A DNA stretch of 64,000 bases from an uncultured Pseudomonadota bacterium (GTDB taxonomy: Bacteria; Vulcanimicrobiota; Vulcanimicrobiia; Eremiobacterales; Eremiobacteraceae), in NCBI GenBank assembly GCA_963736005.1, contig CAVTNB010000001.1, positions 1-64,000 on the forward strand. Reading direction: 5' to 3'. The notes beneath the pieces are model-generated. The model saw only the letters and a program-made list of their open reading frames with translations. It was not told the DNA's origin and ran no database searches. Numbering within the stretch: position 1 is the stretch's first letter; each line of letters opens with the position of its first letter. Below are positions 50,615 to 59,317 of the stretch, piece after piece. Both the position numbers and the translations under genes were made by a program.

Positions 50615-51778
50615 CTAGTGCAGCGCACCAATCGTCGTGGCGTACCATAGCTGGCCCTGAAACGTCGGAGTTGCCCCTTGATTCAGAGATGCCTGGAGGT
50701 TGAAGATCAAGCCGTTGGCGTTTCTGTCGGTGACGTGATGATTCACAAACCACACGGCGTTGACGTAGTTATAGTGCGTTGAGGTTCCCAGCCCATCGTT
50801 CGTATACTCGTTGCGATAGGATAGGATCACCTGATTGTTCAGCACCGGTTCCCAGGCTTCCGCGGTATAGGCCGTTGACGTCGCGGCTCCTAAACCAGCG
50901 CCAGCGTGGCCATCATAGCCGCGCTGGTAGACAACCAGTGCGCCAGGGAATCCCCGGGTAGGATCCACTTCGGCATAACCCGCCGCGCCGTTGTAGCGGT
51001 CGATTTGTCCATCGGAAGTTTGAAACGTTCCGGTGCCGCCATAAGCGCCGATCTCAACCGGTTTGTATCCTTGCGCGTCGACCACTCGCCATTGGACGGT
51101 TTTTTCGGTGCTCGAACTCCAATCAAGCGCGCCGTTGGTACCACCAATGTCTCCGCTGGGTCCCAGATAACCAATTTCGGCTGTCAACCAGTCATGCGTG
51201 TACGCGAGCTTGCTTCCCCATCGATTGGTGGAGAAGGGCCACACGTGCTCTCCAACGGTGATCGCCGGCGTATTGAATGCCGCTAGGTCGAAGAACTGAC
51301 TGTATGGCGACGGTGCTGGCGCTTCGATCTTGCCGACAAACAAGTGGCCATCACGATGCAACAGATTGTTGTACGTCACCCACATCGTATCGTAGAAGCC
51401 GGAGCCGTCGTGCGATTGGATCCAGCCATGGAAGTGATAGGTCCAATCATCGCCGATGTAGCCAGCCCCGTGCACCGAGAGGTTACCCCATATAAGTGAA
51501 TGCGGTTCCGTCGGATCTCCGGTATCGTAGGTTACCTGCTCGCCGACCCAGATCGGCATAGCGTGGCGGATCGTTGCGGAATCCAGCGACGCGTACCCGG
51601 TTCGTTGGACGTAACGGCCATAGGCGTTTAGCGCGGGGACGACGGTATGGCAGACCTGGCAATCCATACCGTACGCCTGCGCAAAAGGCGGCATAGCCTG
51701 GGTGGGCCGCACCGCCTCAATCACCCAGGTTAGCGCGAAGAGCCAGGCGATCAGAATGGTCGCGCGCCGGAACTTCAT
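50615..51778 (-). CDS. Monoheme cytochrome c fused to a putative outer-membrane beta-barrel (Cyc2-like)
   Basis: Signal peptide, then MPPFAQAYGMDCQVCHTVVPALNAYGR, similar to the Cyc2 N-terminal PxFAR..CxxCH..P.L..GR pattern; remainder is aromatic/Gly-rich beta strands. Confidence 0.7.
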   Translation of the reverse strand: MKFRRATILIAWLFALTWVIEAVRPTQAMPPFAQAYGMDCQVCHTVVPALNAYGRYVQRTGYASLDSATIRHAMPIWVGEQVTYDTGDPTEPHSLIWGNLSVHGAGYIGDDWTYHFHGWIQSHDGSGFYDTMWVTYNNLLHRDGHLFVGKIEAPAPSPYSQFFDLAAFNTPAITVGEHVWPFSTNRWGSKLAYTHDWLTAEIGYLGPSGDIGGTNGALDWSSSTEKTVQWRVVDAQGYKPVEIGAYGGTGTFQTSDGQIDRYNGAAGYAEVDPTRGFPGALVVYQRGYDGHAGAGLGAATSTAYTAEAWEPVLNNQVILSYRNEYTNDGLGTSTHYNYVNAVWFVNHHVTDRNANGLIFNLQASLNQGATPTFQGQLWYATTIGALH

Positions 51779-52140
51779 GGCGTGACAACAACGGTCAGCG
51801 TCATATCAGCATGACCGGGCCCACACACCACCGCGCAATGCAGAACGTACGTTCCGGGCTTGGTTGGCGTGAAGGTAACGAGCTCAAAGCCGCTCGGGGA
51901 GATGGTCGTTTTTGCAATGCCAAGATCGTTTGACTCAAGACCATGGACCCCGGATGAAGAAGTCAGACGAAGCGTGGTCGGCTCGTTGACGGGGATGGTA
52001 ATCTTCGCCGGGGTAAACTTCCAATTCGATGCCACAATGTCGATGGTTGGATGCGCAAGTGCTATGCTCGCAGCGACCACCACCACACCGACGCTCGCGA
52101 CGAGCGCCCAGATAACCTTATGAAATGCTCGATTCGTCAT
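51775..52140 (-). CDS. Secreted stand-alone CuA-type cupredoxin
   Basis: AAGGAG RBS; signal peptide ending ALA; VHGL...HCAVVCGPGHADM gives the full H/CxxxCxxxHxxM ligand set. Confidence 0.8.
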   Translation of the reverse strand: MTNRAFHKVIWALVASVGVVVVAASIALAHPTIDIVASNWKFTPAKITIPVNEPTTLRLTSSSGVHGLESNDLGIAKTTISPSGFELVTFTPTKPGTYVLHCAVVCGPGHADMTLTVVVTP

Positions 52141-52273
52141 TTTCCGGTATCTCCTTATAGTCATTAACTTAACGAACGTTCTTGATAAAAGTGTCGGCCC
52201 AAGCATGCCATAAGGCGGTCCAGGGGGTGTGAATTGGATATGAAGGCACGAGAAAAGTCGCCGTTCCTTCACA

Positions 52274-53905
52274 TCACCACGTTCTCATACCTGGCGCGCC
52301 GTAGGGATGGGCGGCGATGAGGTCGTGGACCGGGCCGGCATAGGCAAGGAACGCGAACACCACGGCAACCACGGCCCAGACGCCAATTCGATCCAGGAGG
52401 GGAGAGGTTACGAGCGCCTCGGGTTCGACCGTTGCGAAAACGATGGGATCTGTCTCCGTCTTTGGCGTGAAGAGCGTGCCCACGGCCACTGCGACAAACA
52501 TCAGAATACTCAAGAACAGAATGGAACCGCCGATTGCGGCCCAGTGCATTTCGGGCATCCACGCGGCCGCAGTGGTCGAGCCAAAGTAACTGACCTCATC
52601 CGTGCGTCGAGGCGATCCCAAGATGCCGGCCCAGTGCATGGCAGTCGACATGATCATCATGCCGATGAACCACGCATACGTTTGCGCAAGCGCCAAGCCC
52701 GGCGCCCATAACTTGCGCCCGGTGAGCCGTGGGATCAGCCAGTACGACACCCCGAGAAAAGACAATGCCACTGGACCACCCACCGTCACGTGAAAATGCC
52801 CGACAATCCACATCGTGTTATGCACGATCGTGTCCATGGCGTACGACGCGTTGATCACCCCGCCGAGACCGCCAAAAATGAAGAGCAGCATCCCTAAGGC
52901 AGGGCCGCTGAACGCGGGGTTCTTCCACGGCAGCCAAGCGATCGTCGCAAAGAATCCTTTGACGCCGCCACGCTGGGCTGCGAGTTCGAACGACGCGAAC
53001 ACGGCAAAGGCAGTGAGAATCGACGGGATGACGACGCCATAGGTCGTCATGGTGTGCACCCACTTCCAGTCTGAGGAGATTCCCGGCTCCATGAACTCGT
53101 GGTGCAGACCAACCGGCGTTGACAGCAAGAGCAGAAGAATGAACGTGAGTCTGGTCAATGAATCGCTAAAAACTCTTCCGTTGTAGAGTCGGGGCACGAT
53201 GTTGTACCAGATCAAATACGCACCCATGATCCAGAAGTAGACGAGCGGATGTCCAAAATACCAAAACAGCATGCGCGTGAACATAACGTTCACGGTTGGC
53301 ACCAAGTTGAGCGACCACGGGATGAGGAAAAAGAGCATCTCCGCCGCGACGCCTAGCGTTGCGATGAACCACATCACAAATGTGGTCACCGAACCATGAA
53401 CCACCAGCGGCAGTCGCTCGCCTGGGTGATTTCGCCCAAACCATAACGCATTGCCAGCCAGATCGATGAGCACGATCCAGGTTCCAACGACAAGCAGCGT
53501 GGCGCCGATATAAAACCACGGGCTGGCCTTCAGTGGGGCGTAAAAGGTGTAGAGTACGCTGGCGCTGCCGGAGAGAATCGCGATGGCAGCCATCGCGGAG
53601 CCAATGGCCATGACCCAAAAGGCGAGCCACCCGATGGTGAGGGAGCGGTTGCGCGGGATGGCGCGGTACACCATGAGCGTTGCGAGACCGCAGATGAAGA
53701 ACGTGGTGAAGACAATAGCGTTGAGCACGCCGTGGGCCGTGAGCATGCGATAATAGTCAAACCAGGAGGGCAGACGCAGCCAACTCGCCCGCGAGAGCGC
53801 TTGGAACAAGCCGAAGCTCGCGCCGACCATAAGGGCGATCGTCGCAAAGTAGATGTGGGCGATAATAAGCCGATTCTCACGTTGTACGAGCGGCTGATCC
53901 ATCAT
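52274..53905 (-). CDS. cbaA: ba3-type (B-family) heme-copper oxidase subunit I
   Basis: YYRMLTAHGV; YTFYAPL; LFWYFGHPLVY; GLHH; WIVGHFH; G.PRR. Confidence 0.93.
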   Translation of the reverse strand: MMDQPLVQRENRLIIAHIYFATIALMVGASFGLFQALSRASWLRLPSWFDYYRMLTAHGVLNAIVFTTFFICGLATLMVYRAIPRNRSLTIGWLAFWVMAIGSAMAAIAILSGSASVLYTFYAPLKASPWFYIGATLLVVGTWIVLIDLAGNALWFGRNHPGERLPLVVHGSVTTFVMWFIATLGVAAEMLFFLIPWSLNLVPTVNVMFTRMLFWYFGHPLVYFWIMGAYLIWYNIVPRLYNGRVFSDSLTRLTFILLLLLSTPVGLHHEFMEPGISSDWKWVHTMTTYGVVIPSILTAFAVFASFELAAQRGGVKGFFATIAWLPWKNPAFSGPALGMLLFIFGGLGGVINASYAMDTIVHNTMWIVGHFHVTVGGPVALSFLGVSYWLIPRLTGRKLWAPGLALAQTYAWFIGMMIMSTAMHWAGILGSPRRTDEVSYFGSTTAAAWMPEMHWAAIGGSILFLSILMFVAVAVGTLFTPKTETDPIVFATVEPEALVTSPLLDRIGVWAVVAVVFAFLAYAGPVHDLIAAHPYGAPGMRTW

Positions 53906-54363
53906 TGCACCGCGACCGAGCCGTACATGAAATGATGCCCCGCGCCACAGTATTCATTGCAGAGCAACAAATACGTGCCAGCCGTGCGGAACGTATGCGT
54001 CGCTTCACTGACCCATCCCGGAATCACCATGAGGTTGACCGCAGTGTTCGGGATAAAGAATCCATGCACGACATCCGGACTCGTCGCATAAAACGTCACC
54101 GTCGAGCCGACGGGAACCGCGATCGTTGACGGTTGGAATGAAAAGATGTGCGCGATCACATAGTCGTCGTATTGGTGCGCGCCCGTTTGGTGCAGGCCAG
54201 GCTTGTCAAAAGGCGCTGTCTGAGCCACTTTCGTTGGATCGATAATCTGCATGTGGCTCGGCGGTGCGATGTCGTCGTGCAAGGCCGCGACCCCCATGAT
54301 GCCCAGAAAAACCACCAGCGTGACGATGCCAAAAATCATCCACGCGCGCTCTGATTTGTGCAT
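53902..54363 (-). CDS. cbaB: ba3-type oxidase subunit II (CuA)
   Basis: MHKSERAW plus a single TM; SPDVVHGF; CNEYCGAGHHFM. Confidence 0.92.
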   Translation of the reverse strand: MHKSERAWMIFGIVTLVVFLGIMGVAALHDDIAPPSHMQIIDPTKVAQTAPFDKPGLHQTGAHQYDDYVIAHIFSFQPSTIAVPVGSTVTFYATSPDVVHGFFIPNTAVNLMVIPGWVSEATHTFRTAGTYLLLCNEYCGAGHHFMYGSVAVQ

Positions 54364-54375
54364 GCTTCTCCCGGC

Positions 54376-54501
54376 CTACCAGCGTTGCAGCAGCAAGTGG
54401 AACATAAGCAACCAGACGATCACAAGCGCGGCGCCCAGAATGCTGACAAACTTGATTGTGGCCGGCAATGAAAATTGACCCGGCTCCGGGGTATTTTTCA
54501 T
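54376..54501 (-). CDS. cbaD: Probable ba3 oxidase subunit IIa (41 aa, not in ORF track)
   Basis: MKNTPEPGQFSLPATIKFVSILGAALVIVWLLMFHLLLQRW*: a single TM helix immediately upstream of subunit II. Confidence 0.7.
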   Translation of the reverse strand: MKNTPEPGQFSLPATIKFVSILGAALVIVWLLMFHLLLQRW

Positions 54502-54504
54502 GCT

Positions 54505-55014
54505 CTAGATAATAGTCCGCTGGATTTCGCGCTCCTCTTTTCTGACATAGCTCGTCTGTTTATGGGGATGCTCAGCCGGTGCGGCATGGCAGACAAGCAC
54601 CGGAATGTGCGAGCGGCGCAAGATGCCTTCTGCGACGCTGCCGAGGAATGCCCGCGGGATGCCGCTTCTGCCATGACTGCCGATGACGATGAGATCCGCA
54701 TTGCGCTGACGCGCCAATTGGAGCACGGAAGAAACGCACTCGTCCTCGGGCTGCTCAAAAGATGCTTGGACATTGGCTTTTTCGGCCCAAGCTCGAGCAT
54801 CGTCTAAGATAGCGCTCCCAGCTTTGCACGCCGCGTCGATTGCCAAACCTGGATCTATCCCCCCCGGTCCGGTCATTGCGACCACTTTGTTTAACTCCAC
54901 AGCATGGACGAAAACAACCTCTGCCCTATTCTCACGCGCAATTCGCAGCGCGAGTTCAATAGCGGCGTCCGAGGGTTTCGATCCGTCAATCGGCACGAGT
55001 ATCTTGCTAAACAT
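54505..55014 (-). CDS. Universal stress protein (UspA family)
   Basis: FSKILVPIDGS; ADLIVIGSHGRSG...LGSVAEGILR. Confidence 0.92.
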   Translation of the reverse strand: MFSKILVPIDGSKPSDAAIELALRIARENRAEVVFVHAVELNKVVAMTGPGGIDPGLAIDAACKAGSAILDDARAWAEKANVQASFEQPEDECVSSVLQLARQRNADLIVIGSHGRSGIPRAFLGSVAEGILRRSHIPVLVCHAAPAEHPHKQTSYVRKEEREIQRTII

Positions 55015-55176
55015 GGCGTTCCTCGCTCTCCAGAACACATAACTTCGTATCGCGTGGCTTTAGTATGCGTCCCACATATCCAGATCGAGCGAACGAGAGA
55101 TGAAGAAGGACGATTTCGAAGGGCGGAACGGTCAAGGCGGGTCTTGATTTTCCACTTACTTTGTGGTACAAAGTAA

Positions 55177-55479
55177 GTGATGTTCGACCGCAATCGTGGA
55201 CAGAAAATCCACCGTGTCAGCGGCGTGGTACTCATCGTCCTTTCGCTGATAGCATTGCTCTGCGTCCTTCCCTGGGGCGGCTTTGGGCCGCCTCAACCGG
55301 ATGAGGGCCCGCCGGCACATATTTTTCAGCTGTCAATCGTAGCGCTCGTACCGACAATCTTGCTCTTCCTGACGACGCTGGATTGGAAGCAGCCGCTACG
55401 AAGTATGCGACCGTTGATATTTGCTGGCGCCGCTTTAGTTCTCGCGTTTAGCATCCTGTATCACGTTGAGCATCCTTGA
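55177..55479 (+). CDS. Small 3-TM membrane protein
   Basis: Hydrophobic helices around PDEGPPAHIFQL. Confidence 0.65.
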   Translation: MMFDRNRGQKIHRVSGVVLIVLSLIALLCVLPWGGFGPPQPDEGPPAHIFQLSIVALVPTILLFLTTLDWKQPLRSMRPLIFAGAALVLAFSILYHVEHP

Positions 55480-55697
55480 CAGCGTTGCGTCGATCCATCA
55501 TTTCACGACTCCCTCCTGATTTTGGACGCCAAAGTTTTGGGTCGCTGACGTGAGACGAGATTTCAGAAGCAACTAAGTTAGGACGCTCCTGCGCACATGG
55601 CAGGCGTGACGTCTGCAATAGGTCAAGGCCTTGCTTGAGGCTAGCATCCGCCTCACGCCAGAGGAGGCGCCCCCGCTAGGCCGAAGCGCCAATCGCT

Positions 55698-57182
55698 ATG
55701 AAAGCGGTCACGTGCTGCATTGTTGTGGCCGGTGCGCTCGCGCTCCTCGGTTTCGGTCCGGCCAGCGCTCACCAAGTGAATCCATCTGACCCGGGCGTAA
55801 AAAAGGCCTCCGCTCTCGATGCCCGACGACCGCTTGCTGCCGAGCTCAAAATGAGTGTGGTCGATGGATTCACGCTCACCACAGTCGGAGATCTCATCAT
55901 CTCGCGGCCGCTTTCCCAATATGCGGATCGAGAGCCAGGTTTCAAATCCGTGCTGGATATCCTCAATCAAGGCGATGCGCTCTACGGCAACATGGAAACA
56001 CCAATTCTCGACTTGCGAAATTTTAAGGGGTATCCATATTCGTTTGCCGGAGACTGGACGTTGAGCGCACTGCCCGCGGTCGCAAAAGATCTCAGAAAGA
56101 TGGGCTTCGATCTCGTCTCCCGCGCAAATAACCACGCTGAGGACTGGGGCATCGAAGGCATGCGCGAGACAAGCCGGTGGCTCGACGACGCCGACATCGT
56201 ATGGGCCGGTGTAGGAGAAGACCGGGGCCTTGCGCGTGCGCCTGCATTCTTCGAGAGTCGAAAAGGACGCATCGCGATCGTCTCGTTTGCCTCGACCTAC
56301 CTTCCCACCGCGGCGGCCCTTCCCGCAGAGGGTGCGGCCTCCGGGCGTCCGGGCGTAAGCGCACTCACCGTCACGCAATACGTCGATGTACCACGCCATC
56401 TTATGAGCGCGCTCGCCGACGCTTCATGCCGCTTGCAAAAACTCAACTGCGGCAAGGTGCCTCAGTCGCTCTCACTCTTTGCACAGAACTTCAAGCTCGC
56501 TAATTCATTCGGCTATGAGTACGCGATGGATCCTGAGGATCAGGCGGAGATCTACCACAACATACGAGAGGGCAAACAAAACGCGGACTTTCTCGTTGCT
56601 ACCATCCACTCACACGAATGCTCGCTGGACTGCGACGATCCGAACAAACCTGAACTCCCAGCCGGATTCCTGCGTACCCTTGCGCATAATGCTATCGATT
56701 CCGGCGCGGATGAGTTTATCACGACTGGCATTCATAATCTAGGGCCGATCGAGATTTACAAAGGGCGACCTATTTTTTATGGACTATCAAACTTCTTTTG
56801 GAGCGACATCCAGCTGCCGCTCTCTCACGATCTGTATCAGCAAAACCGGGCAGTATTAAATGAGGTCTTCGAACATCCTGAGCGAGCCACGAGTTGGGAT
56901 CTCTCTTCCCCACTCGATGTGTCGGGGGGCTTTGCGGAGCCGTTTATTTTTCAAACTGTTATCGCACAGACGGTGTTCGCCGGCGGCAGCCTGCAAAGAA
57001 TAAAGCTCTACGCCGTTGATCTTGGGTATGGCAAGAAGCTCACCGAGAGTGGTATTCCCAAGCTCGCCGATGCATCGGAGGCGCAAGTCATTTTCAAGCG
57101 CATCGCAGACGCAACAGCTCAATTCGGTTTGCCGCCCCTCAAGATGGCGATTGCTGGCAGCGTAGCCACTATCGAACCATGA
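55698..57182 (+). CDS. CapA/PGA_cap-family metallophosphatase-like protein
   Basis: VGDLI; GNMET; RANNHAEDWG; IHSHE; GIH...IEIYKGRPIFYGLSNF. Confidence 0.88.
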   Translation: MKAVTCCIVVAGALALLGFGPASAHQVNPSDPGVKKASALDARRPLAAELKMSVVDGFTLTTVGDLIISRPLSQYADREPGFKSVLDILNQGDALYGNMETPILDLRNFKGYPYSFAGDWTLSALPAVAKDLRKMGFDLVSRANNHAEDWGIEGMRETSRWLDDADIVWAGVGEDRGLARAPAFFESRKGRIAIVSFASTYLPTAAALPAEGAASGRPGVSALTVTQYVDVPRHLMSALADASCRLQKLNCGKVPQSLSLFAQNFKLANSFGYEYAMDPEDQAEIYHNIREGKQNADFLVATIHSHECSLDCDDPNKPELPAGFLRTLAHNAIDSGADEFITTGIHNLGPIEIYKGRPIFYGLSNFFWSDIQLPLSHDLYQQNRAVLNEVFEHPERATSWDLSSPLDVSGGFAEPFIFQTVIAQTVFAGGSLQRIKLYAVDLGYGKKLTESGIPKLADASEAQVIFKRIADATAQFGLPPLKMAIAGSVATIEP

Positions 57183-57228
57183 GGTCTTCCACCGCGACGG
57201 TGACGTCGCGGTGGAGCTCGCATCCCTC

Positions 57229-58083
57229 CTAAGTCGCTACGAGAGTCTTAGACTGTTCGGCGACCGTGGTTGCGAATGCCAAAAGATCATCGTTGACTCG
57301 GTCCTTCATGGTGGAGCACAGACCGTGTGGGCCTCCCTTGTAGATCTTGAGTTCCGCATTCTTGATCAGTTTCGAAGAAAGCATCGCCGAAGCTGCAATG
57401 GGAACGATCTGATCGTCGTCTCCATGGATGATGAGCGTTGGAACGTCGATTTTCTTGAGATCTTCGGTGAAGTCGGTTTCGGAGAACTGCTTGATACAGT
57501 CATACGCGGCTGGGAAACCACAGAGCATTCCCTGAAGCCAAAAGGAATCCCGAAGGCCTTGCGACACCTTGGCGTCTGGGCGGTTGGCGCCGTAGAACGG
57601 CGCGCTAAGATCCTTAAAGAACTGCGAGCGGTCGGAGTGAACGCTGGAACGCAGGCCATCGAACACCTCGAGCGGCGTACCTTCGGGATTGGCGGCGGTC
57701 TTTAACATAAGCGGTGGAACGGCGCCGATCAACACAGCCGCGGCCACACGTTTTGAGCCGTGGCGGCGGATGTACCGGGTGACTTCGCCGCCTCCTGTGG
57801 AATGACCGACATGTATCGCATTCTTTAGATCAAGTGCCTCAACGAGCTCCGCGACATCGTCCGCGTACGTGTCCATATCATTTCCATCCCACGGCTGGCT
57901 TGACCGCCCGTGGCCGCGGCGATCATGAGCGACGCAGCGATATCCGTGAGATGAGAGAAAGAACATCTGGTCTTCAAAGGCATCAGCACTTAGTGGCCAG
58001 CCGTGACTAAAGACGATGGGTTGTCCAGTTCCCCAATCTTTGAAGTAGATTTCCGTCTTGTCATGCGTTTTAAGAATCGGCAT
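57229..58083 (-). CDS. cpo: Non-heme haloperoxidase/perhydrolase (alpha/beta hydrolase)
   Basis: [35 protein letters not shown]. Confidence 0.92.
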   Translation of the reverse strand: MPILKTHDKTEIYFKDWGTGQPIVFSHGWPLSADAFEDQMFFLSSHGYRCVAHDRRGHGRSSQPWDGNDMDTYADDVAELVEALDLKNAIHVGHSTGGGEVTRYIRRHGSKRVAAAVLIGAVPPLMLKTAANPEGTPLEVFDGLRSSVHSDRSQFFKDLSAPFYGANRPDAKVSQGLRDSFWLQGMLCGFPAAYDCIKQFSETDFTEDLKKIDVPTLIIHGDDDQIVPIAASAMLSSKLIKNAELKIYKGGPHGLCSTMKDRVNDDLLAFATTVAEQSKTLVAT

Positions 58084-58284
58084 TGCTCATTCTCCTTTTT
58101 GAAAGAGCGTTGACGCCTACTTGCCGTTCGTCTTTTAATGTCCTCGCGGTCCACCAACTAGGCATACGTGTGTTCGCAATCGGGAAAGTAACTCGAACCC
58201 CACGATGAACATAGTCTCCGAGCAGATGACTCAGAACCTGTTTGACAGGGCCGCCTCATCGGGCGTGCCAATACACACGGCCTT

Positions 58285-59205
58285 ATGAGCACGCCTCAGG
58301 CGGGTATCTTCGCGTTAGGCGATCCGTCGCATAGCTTCATGGAACTCACCCTGCATAGCGACGCGTCAGCGAGTAACGCAGTTCGGGCAGTCGCAGATCT
58401 GCACGATCCCCGGAAGACCATCGAGGGTGTCAATCTCGTGGTCGGTTTTCGGCCCGAGTTATGGCGAAAGGTTGCCCCCGGCGATACGCCAGCTGATACG
58501 AAAGGCTTCGATCAGGCTATCGTGGGTTTCGACGGCTACACGATGCCAGCAACGCAAGCTGATATTTTCCTCTGGATTGCGGGCGCAGCTTACGATAACG
58601 TTTTCGACGTCGGGACCGCCATCGTCCAACGCCTCGGTTTGTTCTCGACGCTCGTACGCGAAGTCACCGGTTGGACATATCAACACAATCGCGATCTCAC
58701 TGGCTTTCAGGACGGAACCGAGAATCCCGATCTTGTCGCGGCGCCGGACGTTGTCCTCATCCCTGAAGGCGAACCGGGGGCCGGTGGAAGCATTGTGCTC
58801 GTTCAGCAATGGAAGCACAAGAGCGAGATATGGTTTGCACTTGAGGTCAGTGAGCAAGAGCGCGTCATCGGCCGAACGAAGGCCGACAGCATCGAATTCC
58901 CTGAAGATCGCATGCCGGCTGACTCACACGTGACGCGTACGACGCTGGTAGAGAATGGAGAAGAGCTCAAGATCTTTCGTCGCAACATGCCTTATGGCGG
59001 AGTTGGCGATCACGGCACGGTCTTCGTAGGCTTTGCCAAGCAGCAGCACCGCCTACAGCGAATGCTCGAACGCATGGCGGGCATCGGAGACGGAGTGCGC
59101 GATGGGCTTACACTTTACACGGTTCCGCTCAGCGGCTCGTACTATTTTGTACCGGCACTCTCAACACTTGCGACCCTAGCCACACCCGTTCTTGCATCAT
59201 CCTAA
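58285..59205 (+). CDS. Dye-decolorising (DyP-type) peroxidase
   Basis: RDLTGFQDGTENP; EQERVIGRTK; SHV; IFRRNMPY; YYFVP. Confidence 0.92.
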   Translation: MSTPQAGIFALGDPSHSFMELTLHSDASASNAVRAVADLHDPRKTIEGVNLVVGFRPELWRKVAPGDTPADTKGFDQAIVGFDGYTMPATQADIFLWIAGAAYDNVFDVGTAIVQRLGLFSTLVREVTGWTYQHNRDLTGFQDGTENPDLVAAPDVVLIPEGEPGAGGSIVLVQQWKHKSEIWFALEVSEQERVIGRTKADSIEFPEDRMPADSHVTRTTLVENGEELKIFRRNMPYGGVGDHGTVFVGFAKQQHRLQRMLERMAGIGDGVRDGLTLYTVPLSGSYYFVPALSTLATLATPVLASS

Positions 59206-59275
59206 AGCGTTGCACAAACATCAAATGGCGGCCGCTGGGCAGAAAGATTGATTCAAGCCTCGGCAAAACGCGAAG

Positions 59276-59309
59276 TCGAACCGAGGCTCGGAATCGAGCC
59301 TCGGTTCGA
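59276..59309. terminator. Perfect 15-bp hairpin between convergent genes
   Basis: TCGAACCGAGGCTCG-GAAT-CGAGCCTCGGTTCGA. Confidence 0.7.
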
Positions 59310-59317
59310 TTGGCGGG

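Noticed and set aside
49701..50618. 305-aa plus-strand ORF
   Set aside because: Antisense shadow of the response regulator
58285..59205. DyP as encapsulin cargo
   Set aside because: No GSLxIGSL-type C-terminal targeting peptide and no encapsulin gene nearby
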